Below are positions 1-9,834 of a stretch of DNA of 64,000 bases, in pieces. Origin of the DNA: Candidatus Cloacimonadales bacterium (lineage in GTDB: Bacteria > Cloacimonadota > Cloacimonadia > Cloacimonadales > JAIOQZ01); the NCBI GenBank assembly GCA_963665815.1, contig OY762463.1, forward strand, positions 2,336,001-2,400,000. Direction: 5' to 3'. The position numbers were made by a program, and so were the translations under genes. Numbering within the stretch: position 1 is the stretch's first letter; every line of letters starts with the position of its first letter. The notes beneath the pieces were generated by a model, which was not told where the DNA came from, did not search any database, and was given only the letters and a program-made list of their open reading frames with translations.

Positions 1-41
1 GTGTTAAATTGCGTTAATTAGTTCTTCTAAATGTTTCGATC

Positions 42-296
42 TTATTTTGCAAATATCAGAAGAAGTGCAATCACGAGAGAATAGATACCAGTAGACTCGG
101 AAACTGCCTGACCAACAAGCATTGTACGAGTAATAAGACTTGCATTTTCAGGGGTTCTTGCGATACCTTCACAAGCTTTACCTGCAACAAATCCCTCACC
201 AACTCCTGGTCCTAATGCACCAATTCCCATGCATATTCCCGCACCTAAAAGTGCAGCTGCCTTTTCAATTCCTTGAGCTAATGTAGCTGAATCCAT
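42..296 (-). CDS. atpE: F1Fo ATP synthase subunit c, single hairpin, Na+-binding type
   Basis: GxGxGxG inner helix (GPGVGEG), RTP loop, outer helix ESTGIY (E/S/T/Y Na+-site signature plus E at the position-32 equivalent). ATG at 296 follows GGAGG; the ORF track starts at 308. Confidence 0.95.
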   Translation of the reverse strand: MDSATLAQGIEKAAALLGAGICMGIGALGPGVGEGFVAGKACEGIARTPENASLITRTMLVGQAVSESTGIYSLVIALLLIFAK

Positions 297-336
297 GAAT
301 TCCTCCAAGTTTTTTATTATTGTTTATGTTTTTGAT

Positions 337-1092
337 TTATTTTCCAGTAAAAATTAATAAGAATGATATTACTAGTGAATAAATAGCCGTTGATTCTGAA
401 ACTGCTGCTCCGAGAAACATTGTTCTCATGATTGTTGAACGCTCTTCGGGAAATCTGCCAAGCATATCGCAGGCTCTTCCCGCAACGTATCCAATACCGG
501 ATCCGGGACCTAGTGTTCCGAGTCCGATGGATAATCCTGCACCGACAAAAGCAATAGATGTTGAGATAATCTTAGCTAACTCAATACCTGCAGGTTGATT
601 TGGTGTTGAATACACTAAAAGAAGTGATACAACAAGTGCAAATATTGATGAAGTCTGAGCAAGTGCCTGTCCAACAAGCATATTGGTCATAATTGCGTTT
701 CCGTGTTTTGGCATTCTACCAATTGATTTACATGCCTGTCCACCGACGTATCCGGCTCCCATTGCAGGTCCTACTGCTCCAATTCCCACTGCGAGACCGG
801 CAGCCAGTAATGCTGCAGCTTTGAACCATCCGCCTTCCGGTGTATCAAAACCACCGAAAAGGAGAAGCAATGCAATTACAAGAGAGAAGATACCTCCGGT
901 ACCGGTAGCAGCCTGTCCAATCAGCATTGATCTGAATATTGAGTCCTGTGCCTTAGGCTGTTTCATTAATGCATAAGCAGCTTCATCTGCAATCACACCT
1001 GAACCTATACCGGTTGTAACAGATGCAATACCAACAGATAAACCGGCTCCCAAAAAACCAGCCATTCTAATTATTGAAGTTGTAATTTCCAT
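337..1092 (-). CDS. atpE: Triplicated ATP synthase subunit c (three fused hairpins, one conserved Glu)
   Basis: Three c-subunit repeats with loops KQP, RMP, RFP and outer helices QAATGTGGIF, QALAQTSSIF, AAVSESTAIY; lies between atpB and atpE. Confidence 0.9.
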   Translation of the reverse strand: MEITTSIIRMAGFLGAGLSVGIASVTTGIGSGVIADEAAYALMKQPKAQDSIFRSMLIGQAATGTGGIFSLVIALLLLFGGFDTPEGGWFKAAALLAAGLAVGIGAVGPAMGAGYVGGQACKSIGRMPKHGNAIMTNMLVGQALAQTSSIFALVVSLLLVYSTPNQPAGIELAKIISTSIAFVGAGLSIGLGTLGPGSGIGYVAGRACDMLGRFPEERSTIMRTMFLGAAVSESTAIYSLVISFLLIFTGK

Positions 1093-1107
1093 ATATTCTC
1101 CGACAAA

Positions 1108-2043
1108 TTATTCTTCGTTAATTTCAACACCGATATAAGTCAGTGCCAGCATTGTGAAAACAAATGCCTGTACGGTTCCCACGAATACACCAAAAAACAG
1201 TCCAAGTCCAACAGGCAATATAATGAATTTTACAAGTGATGAAACCACAAGTATAATGATTGCTCCACCAAGGATGTTACCGAAAAGACGGAAAGCGATT
1301 GAAACTGCTTTAGCAAGCTCTCCAACAAGATTTAATGGGAATAAAAACCACAATGGTTCTGCATATCCTTTCAAGTAAGCCCCAAAACCTTTTACCTTGA
1401 TTGCCATGAAATGAACGACTCCAACCGCAAGAATACCCATTCCAAGAGGAACGTTCAGGTTTCTTGTAGGTTCCATAAATCCAGGAATAGGAACAAGACC
1501 AATCATGTTACAGCTCCAGATGAAGATGAAAATCGTCACCACATAAGGTGTGAAATGAAGTCTGTCTTTTCCAAGGGTCTCACCTACAAAGTCTTCGAAG
1601 AAAGTATAAATCATTTCGAACAGTATCTGTGGTTTAGACGGTCTGTCAAAAAGACTTTTCTTCACAAGCACTGCTATTAATAATAGTATAATATCAAGAA
1701 TAAGCAGCATTTTCAGAAGCTTGTAAGTACCTATCGGAGTTTTGGTAAATTTCGCAAAGAAATCATAAAGATGTTCGCTGCCGAGTATGACCTTTTCGTG
1801 ACCGTGCTCAATAACGTATTCATCTGTCTGAAAATCCTCCGAAATTCTCTGTTGAAGGTCGAATTCTGTTTGTTGATGTGTGATAACAAACTTGCCTTTT
1901 TCGCCGAACTTGCCTTCTTTATCTACACCAATAACCAGTTCCTTGGTAAAGTTACCGGAAAACCATACCAGTGCAAACTCAATGACAAGAAAAATCAGCA
2001 TCAGAGTCAGCAAGCTGTTCTTTTTCTTTGATTTGTTAGCCAT
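1108..2043 (-). CDS. atpB: F1Fo ATP synthase subunit a, with N-terminal extension
   Basis: PTRNLN, SIAFRLFGN (essential Arg) and QAFVFTMLALTYI motifs. Confidence 0.95.
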   Translation of the reverse strand: MANKSKKKNSLLTLMLIFLVIEFALVWFSGNFTKELVIGVDKEGKFGEKGKFVITHQQTEFDLQQRISEDFQTDEYVIEHGHEKVILGSEHLYDFFAKFTKTPIGTYKLLKMLLILDIILLLIAVLVKKSLFDRPSKPQILFEMIYTFFEDFVGETLGKDRLHFTPYVVTIFIFIWSCNMIGLVPIPGFMEPTRNLNVPLGMGILAVGVVHFMAIKVKGFGAYLKGYAEPLWFLFPLNLVGELAKAVSIAFRLFGNILGGAIIILVVSSLVKFIILPVGLGLFFGVFVGTVQAFVFTMLALTYIGVEINEE

Positions 2044-2431
2044 TTGATCCTCTATAGTATTTATTATTTTTAAACTGACGGTAAAACTCGTAGATGTATA
2101 TAATTATCTGTGAAGATAAAAGCCCGGCTCCAAAAACCATAATATTGGGTTTCATAAATTTAACGATTATTGCCGAGTACACTGCAAGAAACAGAAAGCG
2201 AAGAAAATACCCTTTTGATGATCTTTTCTTCGTACCTGTAATTCCAAGCTGCAGGCTTCTATATACATCGAAAGCTAACCAAAGGAAAAAAATCAGGCTA
2301 CCCAGACTACCAGTAATCCAGGCTAACGACATTTTAATATCGAATGGTATTGCTATTGTCGCAACTATGATTGTCAAGAAATTAATTCCCGCAATTGTAA
2401 TAATGTATTTTTTGTTTCGCGTTGAAAGCAT
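2036..2431 (-). CDS. atpI: ATP synthase protein I
   Basis: 131-aa four-TM basic membrane protein overlapping the atpB start; GYFLRF motif. Confidence 0.75.
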   Translation of the reverse strand: MLSTRNKKYIITIAGINFLTIIVATIAIPFDIKMSLAWITGSLGSLIFFLWLAFDVYRSLQLGITGTKKRSSKGYFLRFLFLAVYSAIIVKFMKPNIMVFGAGLLSSQIIIYIYEFYRQFKNNKYYRGSNG

Positions 2432-2501
2432 TGTTTATCTATCCTGTATATTCGTGTTATCTCATTCTATGTTCTTTCTAAATCCATAATATATAATGAA
2501 G

Positions 2502-3074
2502 TTATCTATTTTGTTTGTCAAACTTTATTAATATTGCAGGATCAATTTTTTCACCTGACTCTATTATCTCAAAGTGAAGATGAGGATCTGTACTCTTTCC
2601 AGTATTGCCTACAAGCGCAATTACGTCATCAATATACACATACTCTTTTAACTTTACAAACACTTTTGACGCATGTGCATATTTTGTTTTATATCCGTTC
2701 AAGTGATCAATTACAAGATAATTTCCATAAATTTCATCATAACCTTTATCAACAACAACCCCCACTGCAGATGGAACTATCTTTGTTCCTGTAACCGCAG
2801 CTAAATCAATTCCTTTATGTATATCGGAGAATCGCTGACTGACGACATACTTCCCGTAAACAGGAACCTGACGGGGAATACTGTCACTATAGTCATTATA
2901 ACGTTTCTTACCTGATCCGGATTTATTCGATACTGTACTTACCTTAAAATTTTCCAACTCTCCTGTAAGTTGAACAATCTCTGCTTTCTGTTTGCCGACA
3001 AGGCTGAACTGAAAATAGACTGCCCCAATCAGTAATACAATAATTAAGAGAAGTCCTGCCAGTATAACTTTCAT
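2502..3074 (-). CDS. M23 family metallopeptidase with N-terminal membrane anchor
   Basis: HKGIDL, YAH and GNTGKSTDPHLHFEI motifs. Confidence 0.92.
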   Translation of the reverse strand: MKVILAGLLLIIVLLIGAVYFQFSLVGKQKAEIVQLTGELENFKVSTVSNKSGSGKKRYNDYSDSIPRQVPVYGKYVVSQRFSDIHKGIDLAAVTGTKIVPSAVGVVVDKGYDEIYGNYLVIDHLNGYKTKYAHASKVFVKLKEYVYIDDVIALVGNTGKSTDPHLHFEIIESGEKIDPAILIKFDKQNR

Positions 3075-3075
3075 A

Positions 3076-3924
3076 TCACTTCAAAAGTTTTTTCAGAAGC
3101 TGTATTCTCTCGTCTTCATTCTTATAGAAGAATGATATTTTGCCTTTGCTGTTCTTGTCAGCAATTTTTACTTTGAATCCAAAGTTCTTCTTAAGTTGAA
3201 GTTCCATCTCACCTAGAACAACTTTTTTCCCTTCAGGTACTTTAGGAAGCTCAGTTTTGTCAGGAGATGCCAGAAATTCTTTTGCTGCTTTCTCGGTTTT
3301 CCTTACAGACAGCTCATTCTTGATAATAAAATCTGAAAATTCAACCTGATTCTCTTCCGGTAACGTAAGTATTGCTCTGGCATGACCTGATGATAGTTTC
3401 TGCCCTCTGACAAGCTCCCTGACCTCAGGATGTAGCTTTAAAAGCCTGAGAGAATTAGTTACAGTCGCTCTGTCTTTACCAATGATTTCCGATATCTGGG
3501 CATGAGTTAAAGAGAATTCCTCATGAAGCTGCATATATGCCTCTGCCTCATCCATAGAGTTCAAATTCTCTCGCTGTATGTTCTCAATAATTGCAAATTG
3601 CAAAAGTTGTTTCTTAGATACACTTCTTATTATCACAGGAATCTCACTGAAGCCTGCCAGCTTGGAAGCTTCCAGTCTTCGTTCTCCCGCAATCAGTTCA
3701 TATTGTGAATTCTCACACTTAGAAACGATTATCGGCTGAATAAGCCCGTTTTCTTTTAATGACTGTGCCAGTTCCTGAAGTTTTACCTGATCGAAAACTT
3801 TTCTCGGCTGATATCTGTTGGGTCTTATTTTACTTACATCAATTGTTGTAATCCCGGTTGTTCTGTCCGTGGATTCCGGCCCCGATTTTATCAGAGCATC
3901 AAGTCCTCTTCCTAATCTACTCAT
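3076..3924 (-). CDS. parB: Chromosome partitioning protein ParB/Spo0J
   Basis: LGRGLDAL N-terminus, QPRKVF, IAGERR, ENIQRENL and HTH. Confidence 0.97.
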   Translation of the reverse strand: MSRLGRGLDALIKSGPESTDRTTGITTIDVSKIRPNRYQPRKVFDQVKLQELAQSLKENGLIQPIIVSKCENSQYELIAGERRLEASKLAGFSEIPVIIRSVSKKQLLQFAIIENIQRENLNSMDEAEAYMQLHEEFSLTHAQISEIIGKDRATVTNSLRLLKLHPEVRELVRGQKLSSGHARAILTLPEENQVEFSDFIIKNELSVRKTEKAAKEFLASPDKTELPKVPEGKKVVLGEMELQLKKNFGFKVKIADKNSKGKISFFYKNEDERIQLLKKLLK

Positions 3925-4679
3925 CTTTTTATCACTTCCGCCGCAAATTGCAAATAATTGCGCGCGCCTTTGGATGTTATATCATAATGAAAAATTGATT
4001 TACCAAAACTCGGTGCTTCACTGAGCTTTACATTTCTATGTATAATTGTGTTAAATACTTTTTCCCTGAAATAGCGTCTTACTTCTTTTGCTACCTGATT
4101 TGAGAGATTTAGTCTTTTATCATACATTGTAAGCAGAACTCCCAGAATATTCAGGTCAGGATTAAGATTTTTCTGAATAAGATTTACAGTATTTAAGAGC
4201 TGACTTACTCCCTCAAGAGCAAAGTACTCACACTGAATAGGTATAAGTACATCTGTACACGCAGTAAGAGCATTAACCGTAAGTAACCCGAGAGAAGGAG
4301 GACAATCAATGATAACATAATCATATTTGTCATTAATGCTCTCTAATGCTTTTTTTAGCTTATGTTCCCTTGAGAATTCTTTTACAAGTTCTATTTCTGC
4401 ACCTGTAAGGTCTATATTGCTTGGCGCTAAGTCAAGATGTTCTATATATGAAGGAACAATAACGTCCTCAATGTTAACTTTTTTAACCAGTGCATCATAA
4501 ATATGTATCTTCAGGTTAGAAGTATCTACACCCAACCCGCTAGATGCATTACCCTGAGGATCAAAATCAATCAACAGGGTTCGTTTTTCATGAATTCCCA
4601 GAGCTGCTGCAAGATTGACTGAGGTAGTAGTTTTACCAACTCCCCCCTTTTGATTCACAACAGTTATGATTTTTTTCAT
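3921..4679 (-). CDS. parA: Chromosome partitioning ATPase ParA/Soj
   Basis: Deviant Walker A NQKGGVGKTT, DPQGN, DCPPSLG, EAPSFG. Confidence 0.97.
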   Translation of the reverse strand: MKKIITVVNQKGGVGKTTTSVNLAAALGIHEKRTLLIDFDPQGNASSGLGVDTSNLKIHIYDALVKKVNIEDVIVPSYIEHLDLAPSNIDLTGAEIELVKEFSREHKLKKALESINDKYDYVIIDCPPSLGLLTVNALTACTDVLIPIQCEYFALEGVSQLLNTVNLIQKNLNPDLNILGVLLTMYDKRLNLSNQVAKEVRRYFREKVFNTIIHRNVKLSEAPSFGKSIFHYDITSKGARNYLQFAAEVIKR

Positions 4680-4680
4680 T

Positions 4681-5292
4681 CTATTTAAATACCTTTATAA
4701 GTTTTCTGGTTCCGATAGCCGGATGGCTGACATCAATAATCTTTTTCTTCTTGAAAATGTCAGTATCATCATGATTCTCTGATTTATATAAAATCATGCA
4801 ACCATTGTTTTTAAGTATCCTCATAAGTACTTTTTTGAACTGTGGAAGGATTCTTACGGATCGACATACAATAACATCAAAAAGACCTTCCCATTCATCA
4901 ACAGGACACTCTTCTAATCTGTACGAAACAGGAAAACATGAATCTAAGTCAAGATTTTTGACAATTTTTTTCAGGCATTCTATCTTCTTCTTTCTGGAAT
5001 CAAGCAATACAACTTCAGAGTCGGGATACATAATACTCAATGGTATACCCGGAAGCCCACCGCCAGTACCGAAATCAAGAATAGTTTTTCCTGCAAAATT
5101 ATAATGATCTACAGAGAGCAGAGAATCCATTATATGAATTGTCCATATTTTATCAGGATTTGTTTTACGTGAAACAAGGTTAACCTTCTGATTTTCCTCA
5201 AGCAGTAATTCATGATATCTCTCTATGAGAGAATATTTTCGTTCGTCAGAAAATCTTTCTGAATAGAATTCAGTAAATACTTTTTTAGACAT
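4681..5292 (-). CDS. rsmG: 16S rRNA m7G527 methyltransferase RsmG (GidB)
   Basis: NLVSR, HIMDSL and DFGTGGGLPGIP motifs; synteny with parAB. Confidence 0.93.
   Translation of the reverse strand: MSKKVFTEFYSERFSDERKYSLIERYHELLLEENQKVNLVSRKTNPDKIWTIHIMDSLLSVDHYNFAGKTILDFGTGGGLPGIPLSIMYPDSEVVLLDSRKKKIECLKKIVKNLDLDSCFPVSYRLEECPVDEWEGLFDVIVCRSVRILPQFKKVLMRILKNNGCMILYKSENHDDTDIFKKKKIIDVSHPAIGTRKLIKVFK
5161..5176. promoter_or_regulatory. parS centromere-like site
   Basis: TGTTTTACGTGAAACA, one mismatch from the palindrome TGTTTCACGTGAAACA, about 0.5 kb from parA. Confidence 0.85.
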
Positions 5293-5613
5293 TTTTACTC
5301 CTGAAAATATTTCAGAAAACTACAGTTGAAATGTCAATCAGAAAATATACCAGAAATTTTAATATCTTCTACTATGCTTTACAAGTCAACAATCCAAAAA
5401 GGATATTTTATATTTCCCTTACATGTTAATTAATTCATTTTTTTTGATTAGATAATTGAAATTATACCCTATACTCTGTTAGCCTTATTCGGCAATTTTC
5501 AACATCAGTAAATATAAGTGAAATCTGGGGCACTGAATAATACACTGTCAGTTCAAATATTTTCCATGAAATATTTGACTTAAAAATAAATATACTATCT
5601 TATTGGTAAAGAG

Positions 5614-8600
5614 GTGACTATGAGATACATTAATATTTTTCTAATTTTTATTTTCTGTTTTCAGCTGCATGCAGTTGTACAGGAATCCGCATCATTAAAA
5701 GACTTTCTATATGGTGAAACCGATCAAACCGCTTATGACAACTTTCAAAGTCATATTATTGAAGGAGTTGATCATAACATTAACGACCACGCTCCTTACG
5801 ATCCGCATACCGATGGATTCGGAACATTCACTGTCCCAACGGATACCGATACTCTGAACTGGGCACAACTTATTCAGTTTTTTCTGGATGAAAACCTGCA
5901 ATCTGCCGATTCATTGATTCAGGAATTAAATCTACCTTATGAAATTGTTGAATTCAATGATACCGATGTAAACAGAAACTACATTATGTTAAGAGAGCTT
6001 GTTGATACAACATATGTTGATACTAACAGCACAGATGGTTATATTGAACGTGGCAGCTTTAACAAAGGCTGGGGACTATACATATATAACCCAAACAGTT
6101 TTTATGATAACATAATTACTACTCCTCACCCAAGCGATGACTTTATCACAATACCGGTTTCCTGCTATGCATTCCAGGAACTCAATGCAAAATACTGGCT
6201 CATAAGCAATGTCAGCCGTGAAGCCGCTCACAGTGGAACAAACTTTACAAATGGTACATCACTATCTGATCCAACCAGAAATTCCTGCCACCCATACAAT
6301 ACTACTTACAAAGCAATTGCCAATAAAGTAAGACAAGAGACAGGCGAAAGAGAATTCTGTGTACAAATTCACTCGTATGACTGGGATAATACCGGTCCCC
6401 ATAGACCTATAGAACTGTCAATGGGACCTTTTAATGATAAAACATCCCTTCCAACCAGAGACTTCAGCAGTCAGCATCGAGATCTGGTTAATTTTACAGA
6501 TGAGATAGTTGTTCCTGCAAATTCGGTGGGAATTCATGACCAGATCAGAGTTGAAGACTACTATTGCATAAATAATGGAACAGAACCAATCTATTTCTAT
6601 GGAGAAAATCAGGACTATGCAATAGATAACCAGATATGGCTTGAAGGGTATCATTATAATGTTCAGATGAGATATACTAATGACAATTATAATGATTATG
6701 AAGTATTCGACCCGTTTTTCCATATTGAAATGCACGAACTTCCTTATGTATATGCGACTAATGATTCGACCTACAGATGGTTTTATGAACAGACCGGTCC
6801 GTCATTTAAATCTAGATTCGATAAAATGTTCGTTTTTTATGCCCCGTGGGTGGATGCCTTAGATGAAGCTATGAGATACTATAACAGGAGAAATGACTAT
6901 CAGACACCTGATGCTCCCCAACTGACCCAGCTGTCAACTCTGCCTGAAATCTCCTGGACACGTGCTGATTGTTATGATTTTGCAACATATCGTATCTTCT
7001 ACTCAGACAGCACAATAACAGATCCGCCGGACAGTACGGTAAGCTATATTGACAGGAACAGCATGGAAACTTTAGCCCAGCCTACATTCAACAGTTATAC
7101 TGATGAAGTAGTTTCCCTTATAGGTAAATATGTCAGAGTTCAAACTGTAGACCAGAACGGGCATGAATCTGACCTGTCCAATGAAATCATTGTAGTATCA
7201 AGCAATGTAAATATCAGTCAATTCAGTATTACTCCCGGAGACAATGGTGTAACAGTATCATGGACAACAACAAGCCAGACAAACAACTCAGGATTTCTGT
7301 TGAAACGAACAGAATATCCATTTGATCAGACTCAGACTCTTTTCAGCTATGTTTCTGATCTGGCAATGCTGGGATACAATCAGGCAGGAACACGAAATTA
7401 TTCAGTAACTGACAATTCTGTTGTAGATGGCGGAATTTATAAGTATTCATTGTACTCTCACAATAGTCAGTTGAATGCTGATGTTCCCCTGTATCTGAAT
7501 CAAGAGCTAAATATTGTACCTTATTATAATCTGGTATTAGATCGAAACGGAGTAACGGAAGAAAGTACATTCGGAATGAATTTCTTTGCTTCGGATGGTT
7601 ACTCAGATGATTTTGATGAGACTACATCCCTGTACAACAGGTCTCAATATGTAGTCTTTACAAGTCCTCCTATGCCAAGATCTTATGAAACAATGATTCA
7701 TGAAGCATTCGATCCAAATGAAGTATGGAAAGAGTGGCCTGTTAAAATAAAGAATCAGTCAGGAGAAAACGGTGAAGTATACATGGATCCTTTACCTGCA
7801 TCAATGCATCAGGGAGGAAGGTTATTCATGACAGACGGTACAAACTGTATCAATCTTCTAACTGATACTTTAGCAGTGCCTAACGGCATCAGTGGGGACT
7901 ATTACACAATGTACTGGGGTAATATTCAGCCAAATATCAGTCAGAACATGGATATTACTAAATACTACCATGCTGGCGATACACTCACATTGAACTGGAG
8001 TTCTGACAGAGAATATATGATTAAAAAACATTATCTGACAGTTATGGACCATTCCGGCACACAAACGCTGGTAGATTCAATCTATTCTACTACTAACAGT
8101 TATGAGATTATTCCGGATGGAACATACTCCGACTCTGTTTTCTTCACTCTTCATACAATACTGTACGACGATGATGAAATTTCAATTGATTTCCCAGTTA
8201 TTCATGTTTATAATAATACACAGAGCTACGCTCTTGAAGAAGGTATTCAGCTACTGAATGTACACAACCTGAACTCAAATATTAATATAAATACAATGCT
8301 GAGCGATCTTGTTCATTTTTACAGTTATGATGACAGTTCTTTCACCCAGCATATTACAATGACCTCTGGGACCTATGCAGTAGAATCTGATCAGACCTAT
8401 CAATTTTCTGAGCAAACTCCTGCATACCCGAATTCCACAAACTCTGTTTTGCTTTCACAAGGATGGAACCTGATAGGATCTCCATTCCCTCATGATTATC
8501 CATTATCTGCAGTCAAAATCATTCAGAATAATCAGGAGACAACTTATAATCAGGCTGTATTAGATGGAATCATTGAGGGTTATGGGCTTGACAATTCCGG

Positions 8601-9441
8601 ATTTATAACTGAAGAAAGAGTTATTGAAAATGGTAAAAGCCTGTGGATTTACAGCTTTGAAGATTCTCTTGAAATGGAATTTACGACTTATCCTGTCAGA
8701 GATTCACTGGAGTTTCAATATCCGGAATACCAGTTTGTTAATGTTGTAGTTTCTGATATGACTGAAGAGAATCAGGATTTATTCACTACAGGTCACTACG
8801 AATATGGTTTTGAAGAGTTTGATATAGGCTTGGACAGAATGTGTCCTCCAGATAACTTCAAGCAGATAAAAGCTTACACATATGACGATGATTATTGTTA
8901 TTTCAGGAATCTGAAGCCTTACATCATCGACATAAACCTTGATACAGAATACAATTTGAGAATACATTCTCCAGCCGGAGACTCAGTTAAACTGTTCATT
9001 GATGATGCTAATTACAGAGTTGAGTATTCATTCTATGTTTTCGTAAACGGACAACAGAGAAGATTGAGATACGGGCAGGATCTGGTTCTCTATAATGAAA
9101 CAGGTACGCTGGATCTGATTTTCAAAATACAGGATTATGTAACATCCAACGATGTGAACACTTATGAATTTGTTCCACTCGCAAACTATCCGAATCCTTT
9201 CAATCCAGAGACAACTCTTAATTTCTCAATCCATAAACCTGAACATGTTGAACTTAAAGTTTATAACTTAAAAGGTCAGCTTGTAAAAACCCTCGTTGAT
9301 GAAAAAATGGAAGCAGGTATTCATAAAGTAGTATGGAAAGGCAGAAACAACAAAGACAGACAAGTCGCATCCGGAGTTTACTTCGTTAAACTGAAAGCCA
9401 GCACAAATAATGATATCAGGAAAATGATATTATTGAAGTAG
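5614..9441 (+). CDS. Large secreted multidomain protein: putative Zn-hydrolase N-terminus, FN3/Ig-like repeats, T9SS/FlgD-Ig C-terminal domain
   Basis: Signal peptide; TPHPSDD...QIHSY...HIEM; C-terminal NYPNPFNPET...WKGRN...ASGVYF...KMILLK. Confidence 0.8.
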   Translation: MTMRYINIFLIFIFCFQLHAVVQESASLKDFLYGETDQTAYDNFQSHIIEGVDHNINDHAPYDPHTDGFGTFTVPTDTDTLNWAQLIQFFLDENLQSADSLIQELNLPYEIVEFNDTDVNRNYIMLRELVDTTYVDTNSTDGYIERGSFNKGWGLYIYNPNSFYDNIITTPHPSDDFITIPVSCYAFQELNAKYWLISNVSREAAHSGTNFTNGTSLSDPTRNSCHPYNTTYKAIANKVRQETGEREFCVQIHSYDWDNTGPHRPIELSMGPFNDKTSLPTRDFSSQHRDLVNFTDEIVVPANSVGIHDQIRVEDYYCINNGTEPIYFYGENQDYAIDNQIWLEGYHYNVQMRYTNDNYNDYEVFDPFFHIEMHELPYVYATNDSTYRWFYEQTGPSFKSRFDKMFVFYAPWVDALDEAMRYYNRRNDYQTPDAPQLTQLSTLPEISWTRADCYDFATYRIFYSDSTITDPPDSTVSYIDRNSMETLAQPTFNSYTDEVVSLIGKYVRVQTVDQNGHESDLSNEIIVVSSNVNISQFSITPGDNGVTVSWTTTSQTNNSGFLLKRTEYPFDQTQTLFSYVSDLAMLGYNQAGTRNYSVTDNSVVDGGIYKYSLYSHNSQLNADVPLYLNQELNIVPYYNLVLDRNGVTEESTFGMNFFASDGYSDDFDETTSLYNRSQYVVFTSPPMPRSYETMIHEAFDPNEVWKEWPVKIKNQSGENGEVYMDPLPASMHQGGRLFMTDGTNCINLLTDTLAVPNGISGDYYTMYWGNIQPNISQNMDITKYYHAGDTLTLNWSSDREYMIKKHYLTVMDHSGTQTLVDSIYSTTNSYEIIPDGTYSDSVFFTLHTILYDDDEISIDFPVIHVYNNTQSYALEEGIQLLNVHNLNSNININTMLSDLVHFYSYDDSSFTQHITMTSGTYAVESDQTYQFSEQTPAYPNSTNSVLLSQGWNLIGSPFPHDYPLSAVKIIQNNQETTYNQAVLDGIIEGYGLDNSGFITEERVIENGKSLWIYSFEDSLEMEFTTYPVRDSLEFQYPEYQFVNVVVSDMTEENQDLFTTGHYEYGFEEFDIGLDRMCPPDNFKQIKAYTYDDDYCYFRNLKPYIIDINLDTEYNLRIHSPAGDSVKLFIDDANYRVEYSFYVFVNGQQRRLRYGQDLVLYNETGTLDLIFKIQDYVTSNDVNTYEFVPLANYPNPFNPETTLNFSIHKPEHVELKVYNLKGQLVKTLVDEKMEAGIHKVVWKGRNNKDRQVASGVYFVKLKASTNNDIRKMILLK

Positions 9442-9464
9442 TTGATAAATTAATATAGTTATAG

Positions 9465-9492
9465 AAAAGCAGGCTTTAAGCCTGCTTTTTTT
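9465..9492 (+). terminator. Rho-independent terminator
   Basis: AAAAGCAGGC-TTTAA-GCCTGCTTTTTTT just after the 9441 stop. Confidence 0.85.
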
Positions 9493-9775
9493 GTCTATAC
9501 TATAAATTGAGAATCACAAGCTTGCCATAGTTTTTACAGAAAAATTGACGTATTTCATTGTGCAAAGATAAAATGCAGGAGAGAAGGGATTCAAATATGT
9601 TAAAGGAATTATTAATAAGAATAATGGGTACTCCCTGAGAATCTGGTAGAAGCACAATGCTCAAATGCGAACACTTAATGACACAAAGCTTGAGATGATC
9701 GTGGACACAACTTTTCACAAAACGAGAGCATAGCAGAATAGCAATTACAGCATAACATTACGAAATGAGTAAAAC

Positions 9776-9802
9776 AAAAACCTGCCGTAGTTACAGCAGG
9801 TT
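9776..9802 (-). terminator. Probable terminator of the lipoprotein gene
   Basis: AACCTGC-N10-GCAGGTT with an A-run on the + strand, i.e. a U-tail on the - strand. Confidence 0.55.
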
Positions 9803-9834
9803 AGTATAGTTAATTTAGTGTTGTGAACCAAAAA

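Noticed and set aside
683-2489. Plus-strand ORFs antisense to the atp genes, and similar shadow ORFs elsewhere such as 18243-18863 and 24662-25300
   Set aside because: They overlap well-supported genes on the opposite strand and have no motifs of their own.
5293-5613. Possible oriC upstream of rsmG
   Set aside because: AT-rich, but I found no TTATCCACA-type DnaA boxes, and gidA and dnaA are not adjacent.
9597-9753. Short ORF with in-frame TGA codons, possible selenoprotein
   Set aside because: Read-through gives no recognisable redox motif, and no clear SECIS-like hairpin follows the TGA.
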